From an uncultured Clostridia bacterium (GTDB lineage Bacteria > Bacillota > Clostridia > TANB77 > CAG-508): a DNA stretch of 64,000 nt. Positions 1 through 9,593 of the stretch are shown piece after piece. Below the pieces are notes generated by a model, which had not been told where the DNA came from, did no database searches, and was given only the letters and a program-made list of their open reading frames with translations. The DNA lies in assembly GCA_944393135.1 (NCBI GenBank), contig CALXZC010000002.1, forward strand, positions 686 through 64,685. The letters run 5' to 3'. The translations under genes were made by a program, and so were the position numbers. The first letter of the stretch is position 1. Every line of letters starts with the position of its first letter.

Positions 1-2200
1 TGCTTTACATGCAACTGTTGCAATAAATTTCTCTTCTTTTTCTTGCTTTGCTGTTCTTGCTACTGTGTTTATTTCATCTAATGTCTCTAAGAATAATTCT
101 TTAGTATCTAAATCTATACATATTGTAGGCACTCCTGTTAATTTTATAGTATTTTCTCCAAACTCTTCAAATGTAAAACCTGCTTGTTCAAACATTTGTG
201 TATTTTCTTTTGCTATATCCATTTCTTTATGTGTTAGAGTAATTACATCTGGTAATAGTAATAATTGAGAATCTTTCGTCTTATCACTATAGTAATTTTT
301 CTTTACTCTTTCATACATTATTCTCTCATGTGCTGCATGCTGGTCTAATATATACATTTCTTCTCCTATTTCAAGAATTATGTATGTTTTAAATACTATT
401 CCTATAAATTTATATTTTGGTTTTTGGAATTTTTCATCTGTATCAAACATAGAAATATTACTTTTCACAATATCAATAGCACTATCTTCTTTTTCTTTTT
501 TCTTTTCTTCTACATCAGCTATTGGTGACCTTCCAAATAGTTTTCTATACATTTCGTCAAAATCTTCTGATACTACTTGTGGGTTATTATTTAACTCTTC
601 CATGTTCTGTTTTATTTTACCAAATTCTTCTTTTATTTCTTTATCATTTATATTTTCTATTACATCATTTACTTTATTTATTTTTTCTTTTTGCTCTTCT
701 GTTACCTCTATATCTTGTTTATTTTCTTTATTTATTTTTGTTCCATTTTCTATATCTTTTTGATTATTTTCCTCTTTTTTGTTTTCTTCTCCTTCTACAT
801 TGTCCTCTAGTTTATATTCTGCTTTTACATCTGACAAATTATTTACTTTACTTTCGTTTAATTCGCTTTCTAATTTTGCTCTCATCTTTTTTAACTGTTC
901 TAATACATCTGTTGTATCTATTGGATTACCTAAAGTATTTTCTTCTTTATTTCCTTTTTCATACTGTATTTCATTATTATTTTTACTATTATAAACATCT
1001 TCTAATATATTCGTTTTAATTTTGCTCTCATCTTCTGTATATTTTTCTATTTGCTTACTATTTTGTTTTCTAAATCCAAACAACCCTTGGTTATTTTCTT
1101 TCTTAGCTTCTCTTATATTACGTAATCTTTCTTCAAAACTTTGAGTTGTCCTATCTATCCTTTTTATATTTTCTTCATCTTTTGAAACTTTTTCTGTGTT
1201 TGCTACTAATTCTCCTTTTAACAATGTTTCTTTTATTGCATGATATACTGCTTGGAATACTTTATTTTCTTCTTGAAACCTTACTTCTAATTTTGCTGGA
1301 TGTACATTTACATCTACTTTTGCTGGATTCATTTCTAAATTCAATATGGTAAATCCAAATTTTCCTATTGGTATTAATCCTTTATAGCTTTGTTCTGTTG
1401 CTGCCGTTAATGTTTTATCTTTTATATATCTTTTATTTACAAAGAATAATTGATGTGAACGGTTTGACCTTGCAATCTCTGGCTTTCCAATTACTCCTGT
1501 TACTAATATATCTTCATATTGATAGTTTACTTCTAATATGCTACTTGCAACATCTTTTCCATATATACTATACACCACATCTTTCAAATTTCCGCTTCCA
1601 TTTGTCTGAATTACTGTTTTTCCAGTATTTATCAATTTAATTGCTACATTTGGATTTACTAATGCTATTCTAGTTATTACATCTTCTATATAACCAGATT
1701 CTGTATAATCTTTTTTCAAGAATTTATATCTTACTGGTGTATTGAAAAATAGATTTTTTACAGTTATTGTTGTTCCTGTTCTACAACCTGTTTCTTCTCT
1801 TTCTAATACATCTCCTGCTTCTACTACTACTCTATATCCTGTTTCTTGATTTTCTGTTTTTGATACTAATTCTATATTTGCAACTGCTGCTATACTAGCT
1901 AATGCTTCACCTCTAAAGCCCATAGATGTTACTGTATCTAAATCTTCTGCTGACCTTATTTTACTTGTTGCATGCCTTTCAAATGCTATTTCTAAGTCAT
2001 CTCCGTGCTATTCCCTTTCCGTTGTCACTTACTTTTATATATGATATTCCCCCATTTTTTATTTCTACAGTTATATTTGTTGCTCCTGCATCTATTGAGT
2101 TTTCTACCATTTCTTTTACAACTGATGCTGGTCTTTCAATTACTTCTCCTGCCGCTATTTTATTTATTGTTAAATCATCTAACAATACTATATTTCCCAT
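1..2200 (-). CDS. mutL: DNA mismatch repair protein MutL. The C-terminal end runs off the left window edge. Needs a +1 shift at 2003-2005.
   Basis: N-terminus [43 protein letters not shown] matches the GHKL ATPase motifs. After the shift my hand translation continues [15 protein letters not shown]...[13 protein letters not shown]...[12 protein letters not shown]...[11 protein letters not shown] to position 1. A GGAGG RBS lies before the ATG at 2200. Confidence 0.9.
2003..2005 (-). other. In-frame CGG at an apparent +1 shift site in mutL
   Basis: The sense strand reads GCA CGG AGA TGA, so the zero frame stops two codons later. The +1 frame reads GGA GAT GAC TTA GAA = GDDLE and continues the MutL sequence. 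Confidence 0.85.
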
Positions 2201-2320
2201 TTTAATCCTCCGTTTTTCCTACTTTAACCTTTGGCAATTATTCTATCATAACGTTCTATAAAAATCTACACTTAATTGTGAATAAATCAAAAAATATTTA
2301 CTTTTCACGAACTTTATAAC

Positions 2321-2350
2321 AAATAAGACCCCTAATAAGAGGTCTTATTT
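2321..2350 (-). terminator. Intrinsic terminator hairpin downstream of paralog A
   Basis: Perfect 10-bp inverted repeat aaataagacc / ggtcttattt with a 10-nt loop, just past the stop at 2357. Confidence 0.55.
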
Positions 2351-2356
2351 GTAATC

Positions 2357-2962
2357 TTAAAGACTAACCCATTCGACTTCATACTGATGCTTAACATCTA
2401 TTCCTACATCCAGAATAATTGTAGGTCTAATTGCTAAGTCTGTTACATCTCTTAGGCTATAGGGAAAAATTAGACTATTTTCACTTCCTGGTACTGAACC
2501 ACAAACTATGATTTCTGGTTTAATATTCACAATCCCCAAAATTGCATCTCCAACTGTAGATGCAAGCCAATAGGATAATTTTTCATTTCCTTCAGAATTT
2601 TTTAAATCTGTTCTCTTCATACTTTCAGCCATATAAATTCCTTCTATTTCTTGAAAGCATGTACTACATATTTTATTCATTATATCACAACCGTTTTCCA
2701 AGCCTCTTCTACCATACAGTCTCAGTGTTTTGTTTGATACTACTTCTGATTTATACTTAGGTCTTGCTATTCCATCTGCACATTTTACCATTCCTATATA
2801 TTTGAACGGTATTTTTTCTGGAAAATCTTTAATAGTAAATGTTTGAAATCTACACCAACCGCTTTCACTCGGTTTTGCTGTATAATATCTTCTACTTTTA
2901 ACACTTTCTACTACAATTCTTTCTTCCAGCTCTTTGGGAATTTTAGGCAGCTCAGTATACAT
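2357..2962 (-). CDS. Hypothetical protein, paralog A of a tandem triplet (YWLAS ... IRPTIIL motifs, possibly DUF6273-like)
   Basis: 201-aa ORF. It shares FPEKIP..Y.G, NKIC, SYWLAS and (I/V)RP(T/I)(I/M)(I/V) blocks with ORFs 3097..3723 and 3839..4390. The DUF6273 resemblance (WWLRS / VRPA motifs) is from memory only. Confidence 0.6.
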   Translation of the reverse strand: MYTELPKIPKELEERIVVESVKSRRYYTAKPSESGWCRFQTFTIKDFPEKIPFKYIGMVKCADGIARPKYKSEVVSNKTLRLYGRRGLENGCDIMNKICSTCFQEIEGIYMAESMKRTDLKNSEGNEKLSYWLASTVGDAILGIVNIKPEIIVCGSVPGSENSLIFPYSLRDVTDLAIRPTIILDVGIDVKHQYEVEWVSL

Positions 2963-3058
2963 TTTTTCCCTTCTTCTCTTGATTTTTTCTACCTCAGCTA
3001 TTGCTGTACAATCTTTATAATATCACATTTACATAATTTTGTAAACAGTTCTAAGAAA

Positions 3059-3090
3059 CAAACAAGACCTCTAAAAAGAGATCTTGTTTG
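3059..3090 (-). terminator. Intrinsic terminator hairpin downstream of paralog B
   Basis: Inverted repeat caaacaagacctc / gagatcttgtttg with one mismatch, just past the stop at 3097. Confidence 0.5.
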
Positions 3091-3096
3091 CAATAC

Positions 3097-3723
3097 TTAG
3101 ATCGACATAATAAGATTCGTTAGGTCATCTCTAATAACTTTTGAGTTCAAAATCATAGTTGGTCTAACTGGAAAGTTTGCAGATATACATTCTCTAGTGT
3201 TATAAACTTTAACTCCATATCCTCCATCTATTACACCATTAAACACATTTCCTGCAGCATATCTTTTTTCCTTTCCATTCCAATACACTCCTGGAGAAGC
3301 AAGCCAGTATGAAAGTTCTTCACTTTCATACTCAAACATTTGTAAATCTTCTTTTTTTATACTTCCTGCCCAAAGCATTCCTTCTTGCCATGTAAACCAC
3401 CAGCATATTTTGTTTATTATATCTATTGCATTCTCGTAACTAGCTTTACCATAAAACCAAAGTACTTGTTTACTCACCATATTAGCTTTATACTTTGGAT
3501 ACAAATTTCCATCTGGAAATTCAACTAGTCCAATAAATTCATAAGGAATTTCTTCTGGGAAAAAATAGTCACTAAAAAATAGTTCTGGCTCTAAACGTCC
3601 ACTTTCACTTATTTCAAAGTCAACTCGCCGTCCTCTAGGAATTTTAACTATAATTTCTTTTTCTAGTTCATCAATTCTTATTGTAGACTTTACTTTCATC
3701 TTTTTCCTTTCTTGTCTAAGCAT
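3097..3723 (-). CDS. Hypothetical protein, paralog B of the tandem triplet
   Basis: 208-aa ORF with the same motif blocks: FPEEIPYEFIG, INKIC, LSYWLAS, VRPTMILN. It contains an in-frame CGG at 3628-3630 followed by C. That codon reads as Arg and aligns with RR in paralog A. Confidence 0.6.
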   Translation of the reverse strand: MLRQERKKMKVKSTIRIDELEKEIIVKIPRGRRVDFEISESGRLEPELFFSDYFFPEEIPYEFIGLVEFPDGNLYPKYKANMVSKQVLWFYGKASYENAIDIINKICWWFTWQEGMLWAGSIKKEDLQMFEYESEELSYWLASPGVYWNGKEKRYAAGNVFNGVIDGGYGVKVYNTRECISANFPVRPTMILNSKVIRDDLTNLIMSI

Positions 3724-3802
3724 TTTATTACCTCAGCTTATGCTGTATAACACATATTCTACCAAATTTTTATCCAAAAGTCAATTTATGTTAATTTTTA
3801 AA

Positions 3803-3831
3803 AACAAGGTTTCTATGGTAGAAACCTTGTT
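3803..3831 (-). terminator. Intrinsic terminator hairpin downstream of paralog C
   Basis: Perfect 12-bp stem aacaaggtttct / agaaaccttgtt with a 5-nt loop, just past the stop at 3839. Confidence 0.55.
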
Positions 3832-3838
3832 ACAGTGC

Positions 3839-4390
3839 TTAAATCTTAGCAGATACATCTACCTCAACATCATTTATAACAATTATTGGTCTGATACTAT
3901 CTGCATAATCTTCTTCATATCCATCAGGATCAAATAATTCAAAAACTTCTGCTTTTTCGTTAGAAACTCGATATAGACCATACTCACTTTCACAGCGAGA
4001 TGCAAGCCAATATCTCTTTGCTTCTTCATTAGAATCCATCAACTCAAAATCAGATTTTGTAATACTTCTTGCTGAACATATTCCTTTTATCGAAAAAAGT
4101 TCATTACAAATTTTATTCATCAATTTTGCTCCATAATTATAGCCATGCCATCCTCGAAGCACAAGTTTTTCGTTACTTACTTCCAAACAATATACTGGAT
4201 GTCCTATTTTCTTAGAAAGTTCTTTATCATGAATTCCAATAATTTTATTTGGAAAACTTTCACTTGTAAAAACTTGATCTTTTTCCCAACCGCTTTGATT
4301 ACTAGGAACAATACAACTTCTATTACCAGGATTTATAATTACTGTCTCTGAGGAAATTTCATCAAGTTCCAAAAGCTTTCTTACTTTCAT
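3839..4390 (-). CDS. Hypothetical protein, paralog C of the tandem triplet
   Basis: 183-aa ORF with FPNKI, MNKIC, RYWLAS and IRPIIVIN blocks in the same order as paralogs A and B. Confidence 0.55.
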   Translation of the reverse strand: MKVRKLLELDEISSETVIINPGNRSCIVPSNQSGWEKDQVFTSESFPNKIIGIHDKELSKKIGHPVYCLEVSNEKLVLRGWHGYNYGAKLMNKICNELFSIKGICSARSITKSDFELMDSNEEAKRYWLASRCESEYGLYRVSNEKAEVFELFDPDGYEEDYADSIRPIIVINDVEVDVSAKI

Positions 4391-4509
4391 TTGTTTCCTT
4401 TCTATAATGGCACTTTTACTACAAATAGCTTTTGCTACTTAAATTTTATTATAACTTAATTTTTACTTTTTTGCAATTATTATTTAGGAATTTTACATTT
4501 TCCTTTATT

Positions 4510-4707
4510 TTAAACCCATGTCATTTGTAATTTTAATCGTGCTAATTCTTTTTTACTTATATGTGTACATTTTATTATATATTCATCTTTTATTTTAATT
4601 TTTGCCATTTCCATTGCTATTTCAACCTCTCGTTGGTTTATTCCTTCTGTTTTGCCTTCTTTTATAATACTGTCATGTACCTTTATCTTTACATTTGTAT
4701 TTTTCAT
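4510..4707 (-). CDS. Small ORF, possibly a C-terminal remnant of an Rpn/PD-(D/E)XK transposase-like protein
   Basis: 65 aa. The stretch KEGKTEGINQREVEIAMEMAK...ISKKELARLK resembles the repetitive C-terminal tail of that family. It sits in a very AT-rich non-coding-looking gap. Weak call. Confidence 0.2.
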   Translation of the reverse strand: MKNTNVKIKVHDSIIKEGKTEGINQREVEIAMEMAKIKIKDEYIIKCTHISKKELARLKLQMTWV

Positions 4708-4963
4708 TATTTATATTTCTTTTTTCTTTAGTTTTTTTATTTTCTTTGAAATAATATTTTTTAGAAATCTTTTTAAAATCTTTGATAAATTTATTAAAAA
4801 TATAAAAGTATAAATTATGAACTACAAAACATATGTGAATAAAATTGATATAAATTTTAAATAGAATTAAATTAAAATTAAAATAAAAACTATTTATTAT
4901 TGAATTTTTAAATATGATTTTTATAGAAAATCCACACATAAGAGTGGATTTTCTATATATTTT

Positions 4964-5626
4964 TTATTTATCATTTTTTATCTTTAATTGTTTTTCAAAA
5001 TAAGCTGTAAGCCCTATTAATGTTAATAGATAAACTGTAATTACTAATGGAATTGTTAATATTCCAATTTCTAATCTTGTAATTGCCATAATACTTAATA
5101 ATAAAGCTTGTGCTACAACAGATATTATAATTGTTTTGAATATAACTTTCATCATACCTAATTTATTATATCTAGCAGACATGTAAACAAGTACTATTAA
5201 AGTTACAACAATAAATGGTACTATATATGGTCTTATAATATCCCTTCCTCTTGTATTAGGTATGCTTTCTATTTCTATGCTATCTGCTGATAATTCAATT
5301 CCATATTTTTCATTTACTTTATTGACTAAATTTTGTTTTTGTTCATCTGTTATTTCTTTTGCTCTAATACTTACTGTATCTTCATATACTTCTACTTTTT
5401 GTATTATTACTTCTTCTCCTTGTAATACTTCGTCAGTTATTTGTTTTATATCTGAAACATTGAAATCTTTTTGTAAATATAATTCTATCCTATTACTATC
5501 TTTATAACTTAAATCAAAATTAAGACCTACAGTTAATGTAACAATTATCCCTGCAATTATTATTAATGTAATTATTGTAATTATTATTTTAGATTTTTTC
5601 GTCATTTTTTTCTTGTTTTCTTCCAT
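4964..5626 (-). CDS. SecF-like membrane protein (divergent and short)
   Basis: N-terminal TM helix, a periplasmic-type domain starting GLNFDLSY (compare the SecF GIDFxGG motif), then only about 3 C-terminal TM helices. It overlaps the SecD-like gene. Confidence 0.5.
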   Translation of the reverse strand: MEENKKKMTKKSKIIITIITLIIIAGIIVTLTVGLNFDLSYKDSNRIELYLQKDFNVSDIKQITDEVLQGEEVIIQKVEVYEDTVSIRAKEITDEQKQNLVNKVNEKYGIELSADSIEIESIPNTRGRDIIRPYIVPFIVVTLIVLVYMSARYNKLGMMKVIFKTIIISVVAQALLLSIMAITRLEIGILTIPLVITVYLLTLIGLTAYFEKQLKIKNDK

Positions 5627-7067
5627 CTTTACTCTTACCTCCCTTAGCTTCTTTTAGTCTTACTAATAGATTTGTTATAGAAATATTATATATTGCAATT
5701 AATGCAATTCCCCAAAACATTACCATACCAAAACTACTAATTGGTTCCCATCCAATAAAGCAGAAGGTAATAACTGCAATACAAATAGGTATTATATTTA
5801 TAAAGAATTCTTTATATGTGTCTTTTAATACTATACTTATTGTTCCCTTATCCTTACTATCTTCTTTATTTAATTTTGATAATAACTTATTTACAAAAAT
5901 ATAATTCAATATTAATACTATAGCTATTCCAAAAATACTTTCTATTGATATTACTACATTTGTATATCTAAGTAATAATACAAATAGTGAAGCAAGTCCT
6001 ACATATGAAAATGCATTTACTATTCCTTGTGTTTTATATCTAACAATTAATATTATTAATGATATAGCTACTAATCCAGCAATTAAATATACTATTAGAT
6101 TTAATTCATCTTGTGTTACATCTGATAAAACATATTCATTTGTTGATACTGTATATGTTATTGGCATATTTTCATTATCTAATACTACTGCCATATTTGA
6201 TGCTTGCTTTATATATCCTTGTAATGTATTTGTATCTGTTGTAGCTGCTCCTAATGTTAGTTGTAATTTTCCTGTTTCTAATGTTTCATCAAAACTTGTT
6301 GTCATTATAGTTTCATCATCAATTTTCATTGTAACTTGTTTTTCTGTACTTTCTTCACTAGTAGTTTCTGATGTATCTGTATTTGTTGTATTTGTATTAT
6401 TTGTTTCATTTGTTGATACATAGGTACTACTAATTTCTTTTAATTTATTTGTTCCTTCTTTATCAAATTCTATATCTAAATATACAACTGTTCCTGAAGT
6501 GGCTCCTGATGGATCAGAACCATACATAACCTTTGCTGCTTTTATATCTTCATTATTCATTAATACTTCGTTTGTTTCGCTATCTAATATTTGGAATTTT
6601 CCAGCTGTTCCAAGATTACTTATAACACTATCTGTATTTTCATTTTCTGGCATTTCTACCAAAATATCTCCAGATGTTTCATCTAAACTTACAATATAAT
6701 TATTAACACCTAAATCATTTAATCTCTTTTCTATTATTTTTTTAGATTTCTTATAATTTTCTTCTGTCAATACCTCTTGTAAATTCTTAGGTGTTTCTTC
6801 TTTCTTATATCCTTTTTCTTGTAATTCTTCATCTGTTAAATTTTCTCCATCTGTAACTTCATTACCATTTTCATCTTTTATTGTAGTATTATTTGTAGTA
6901 TCAACTGATAGTCTAATATTTCTACTACCTTTTAAATCCATTCCATATTCATAATCTTTTACTTTATTTTCCATTCTATTTTGTACTGGCACATATACTC
7001 CCAAAAAAGCTACCATTGTTACAAGTACAATCCCTAATATAATTGTTAATATTTTTATTTTCTTCAT
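5589..7067 (-). CDS. SecD-like membrane protein (divergent)
   Basis: N-terminal TM helix, YGMDLKGS (compare the SecD LGLDLxGG motif), a large extracytoplasmic domain with an N/T-rich linker, and a cluster of 5 C-terminal TM helices. Confidence 0.55.
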   Translation of the reverse strand: MKKIKILTIILGIVLVTMVAFLGVYVPVQNRMENKVKDYEYGMDLKGSRNIRLSVDTTNNTTIKDENGNEVTDGENLTDEELQEKGYKKEETPKNLQEVLTEENYKKSKKIIEKRLNDLGVNNYIVSLDETSGDILVEMPENENTDSVISNLGTAGKFQILDSETNEVLMNNEDIKAAKVMYGSDPSGATSGTVVYLDIEFDKEGTNKLKEISSTYVSTNETNNTNTTNTDTSETTSEESTEKQVTMKIDDETIMTTSFDETLETGKLQLTLGAATTDTNTLQGYIKQASNMAVVLDNENMPITYTVSTNEYVLSDVTQDELNLIVYLIAGLVAISLIILIVRYKTQGIVNAFSYVGLASLFVLLLRYTNVVISIESIFGIAIVLILNYIFVNKLLSKLNKEDSKDKGTISIVLKDTYKEFFINIIPICIAVITFCFIGWEPISSFGMVMFWGIALIAIYNISITNLLVRLKEAKGGKSKDGRKQEKNDEKI

Positions 7068-7089
7068 GATATTTCCTCCATTTTTTTAG

Positions 7090-7751
7090 CTATAATAATT
7101 TTGTTCCGTTTATTACTAATTCAAACCATACCTTTAAATACTTTGCTGCATATTTACTCATCATTGTTCTATCCATAAATATTTCAAAATAATCTAAAAC
7201 TGGACATAGTTTTGTATCTATTTTTAAGTCAAGCAGTATTTTTCTTTCTTTGCTATCTATCTTAAGGTCCGCATTTGTTACAGCATAATTTACTCTATCA
7301 TGTATATCAAATGTTGATAAGTTTCTATTTGTTACTCTTTCTCTGTGAACATCCGATTTATCTGCTAAAATTAGTGCTGCTGATATATCACTTATTGCTG
7401 TTCCCGTATTTTCATCGTGATTTCCTATTGCCATCATTATTTCTGTTCTTTCGTTTACTTCCATCCCCATATCTTTTAAAATGTTATAAGCTATTATTGC
7501 ACCACTATGTGCATGATCTGTTCTATTGACACAGTTTCCTATATCATGTAAGTAACCGTGCAATTCTTGCCAATTCTATTGTTCTTTCAGGATATTTCAG
7601 CTCTTGTAATATATCTCCTGCCCTTTTAGATACTATTGAAATATGCCTATGGCTATGTTCGGTATATCCGGAGACTGTCTAATTGTTTTTGTGCTCCCAG
7701 AATTAGAGCCTCTACCTCTTCATTTTTTTTTACATCATTTAAGGTAACCAT
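7090..7751 (-). CDS. HD-domain metal-dependent phosphohydrolase. Needs two +1 shifts, at 7668-7670 and 7556-7558.
   Basis: Joined reading: MVTLNDVKKNEEVEALILGAQKQLDSL-GYTEHSHRHISIVSKRAGDILQELKYPERTIELARIA-GYLHDIGNCVNRTDHAHSGA. It contains the H...HD motifs. A GGAGGG RBS lies before the ATG at 7751. Confidence 0.8.
7556..7558 (-). other. In-frame CGG at an apparent +1 shift site (HD gene, second site)
   Basis: The sense strand reads GCA CGG TTA CTT ACA TGA. The +1 frame reads GGT TAC TTA CAT GAT = GYLHD, which is the HD motif. Confidence 0.85.
7668..7670 (-). other. In-frame CGG at an apparent +1 shift site (HD gene, first site)
   Basis: The sense strand reads CTC CGG ATA TAC CGA ACA TAG. 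The +1 frame reads GGA TAT ACC GAA CAT AGC = GYTEHS. Confidence 0.8.
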
Positions 7752-7823
7752 TTAACCCTCCTTCAGATTAGTCTTTTTAGATTTTATCTTAAAATGGAAA
7801 AAATATCAATATTTTTTATAAAA

Positions 7824-9047
7824 TTATTTTAGATAATTAGTATCTACATCTTCATTCCATAAATCTATTAAATATTGTTTTTCTGATTTTGGAACTATAG
7901 AAAATCTATAAGCTCTTATTGATTTATTATTATCGTATGTACTTTCTTCTCCATCTGATGCTGGTTCTAGCCATCCTATTCCTCTTACCCATACTTGATA
8001 AACTACTGAACATTCATCATCATCTCTTAATTTTATACTTAATGCTTTAATTCCAGGTTCTATATCATTTTCTATATTTTCTATTTTATCCATTTCCATT
8101 CCTCCTACTTCTAATATTCCATTTTCCAGTATTTTATATCCACTTTTATTAATATTTTCGCCTTCTTTTTCTTCTTTTAAACCATTATCTACAAGGCATC
8201 TCATTTGTATAAAGTCTTTTTCTATTCCTTCCGTATACAGTGAAATTGCTTCTATTTTTTCATTACCATTTTCACCTACGATTTCATTTAGTCCTGTTCC
8301 ATATTGCCATATACCTTTTTTCATAGCTCCATATTTTATTTTAATGTTTGTTGCCTTGTCTACTACTACATCTATATTTGAGTTATTTCCAGCTAAATCA
8401 GTTACTACAAATGGATATTTTGCATTACATGAAAATTCTTTACTTAAAACTTTTTTGTCATTTGATAAATTCCATCCTTCTACTGATTTTATTTCTTCAT
8501 TTGTTTTTATTTTAGCATTTACTTTTCCATCTGCCATTTTCTCTTGTATATACGTTACAACTGGTGATGTATTATCTATAATTATTCCTGTATCTAAAAC
8601 CGTCTCTTCATTCTCCTGGTCTGCTATATCTACAATAGATCCTTTCTTTACTACTATTTTTAATTCTCCATTTAGGTCTAAATTTCTTAAAGTAAATGTA
8701 TAATAAACATTTTCTTGACTTTCTTTTGTGTTTAAATCATATCCTTTTGGAAAAAATTCTGTATCACCCATATAAAATTTTATTTGCTCTCCCATAAGCA
8801 TATTGTATTTTTTTACATTGCGTTCTACTACTCTAAATTGTACTACTATAGTATGTGTTTTATTTGCATATTTATTATTATTTTCATTAGAATTAGTTAC
8901 ATATATAAGTTCTATTTTAGGTGGTGTTGCATCTATATTTATATTTGCAACTAAGTTTGTGTTTTCTATTACATATTTTGCATAACTATTAACACTTAAA
9001 AATGTAATTACGAAAAATACACATAATAATGTTACTATTTTCTTCAA
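7824..9047 (-). CDS. Secreted protein with ChW-like (clostridial hydrophobic W) C-terminal repeats
   Basis: The signal-peptide-like N-terminus ends in NSYAKYV. The C-terminus has GIWQYG...IEAISL and VWVRGIGWLEPASDGE...IRAYRFSIV, which resemble ChW repeats (from memory). Confidence 0.55.
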   Translation of the reverse strand: MKKIVTLLCVFFVITFLSVNSYAKYVIENTNLVANINIDATPPKIELIYVTNSNENNNKYANKTHTIVVQFRVVERNVKKYNMLMGEQIKFYMGDTEFFPKGYDLNTKESQENVYYTFTLRNLDLNGELKIVVKKGSIVDIADQENEETVLDTGIIIDNTSPVVTYIQEKMADGKVNAKIKTNEEIKSVEGWNLSNDKKVLSKEFSCNAKYPFVVTDLAGNNSNIDVVVDKATNIKIKYGAMKKGIWQYGTGLNEIVGENGNEKIEAISLYTEGIEKDFIQMRCLVDNGLKEEKEGENINKSGYKILENGILEVGGMEMDKIENIENDIEPGIKALSIKLRDDDECSVVYQVWVRGIGWLEPASDGEESTYDNNKSIRAYRFSIVPKSEKQYLIDLWNEDVDTNYLK

Positions 9048-9059
9048 AGTTGCACCTCC

Positions 9060-9593
9060 TTATTTTCCAATCGCACATATTTCAAAGGCATATTTTTCTA
9101 TATTCTTACCATCTTTTGTGTCTTGTATATTTTCTTTTTCATTTATTTCATATGGCCATTCCCAATTAATTTCTATCTTTTTTGTTTTATTTTTTTCTAG
9201 TTTTCCATTTTCTTCATCTATTTTAAATTGAAAATTTTTTGGACTTTCATTTTTATCGATTATCTCTATTTCATAATTTATATTGCTATTTGATGTTAAA
9301 AACACATAAAAACTTCCTTTAGCTCCTGGAGCTATTTTCTTATCTACTAAAGTTTTTATATCTACCGTTTGTGCTAAATCTATTTTCTGAAAATTTCTTT
9401 TTCCTTTAACTACCTCAATTTTGTAATCCTTGTCTATAGTGCTTTCTTGAACACTAAATAGTTTGAAAAAAATTATATCTTCTTGGAAATTAAATTTTCT
9501 ACTTTGAACTATTTTTAATAAAATAAATAATATGATTAAAAAAACTAGAATTAAAATTATGATTTTTACTTTATTGTTCCTTAAGTCTTTCAT
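9060..9593 (-). CDS. Membrane-anchored or secreted hypothetical protein
   Basis: 177-aa ORF with an N-terminal TM helix. It shares the KIAPG(A/T)xGSF motif with ORF 10212..10805 and overlaps the upstream ORF by 4 nt (operon). Confidence 0.5.
   Translation of the reverse strand: MKDLRNNKVKIIILILVFLIILFILLKIVQSRKFNFQEDIIFFKLFSVQESTIDKDYKIEVVKGKRNFQKIDLAQTVDIKTLVDKKIAPGAKGSFYVFLTSNSNINYEIEIIDKNESPKNFQFKIDEENGKLEKNKTKKIEINWEWPYEINEKENIQDTKDGKNIEKYAFEICAIGK

Noticed and set aside
380-2261. Numerous long plus-strand ORFs rich in L/F/Y/I. Examples are 522..1019, 20024..20554, 20720..21487, 27018..27353 and 49397..50233.
   Set aside because: They are antisense shadows of purine-rich, AT-rich minus-strand genes. 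They have no RBS, are low-complexity hydrophobic strings, and each overlaps a well-supported gene on the other strand.
4673-4939. The 88-aa ORF in the AT-rich gap downstream of the SecF-like gene.
   Set aside because: It has extreme K/N/I/F low-complexity composition, no RBS and no recognisable domain. It is most likely non-coding.
5589-5626. The 38-nt overlap of the SecD-like and SecF-like ORFs, and the similar overlaps at 31855-31892 and 53924-53979, as further frameshift sites.
   Set aside because: There is no CGG in any of these overlaps. Each downstream ORF begins with its own plausible N-terminal TM or domain start, and the upstream proteins end after complete domains.
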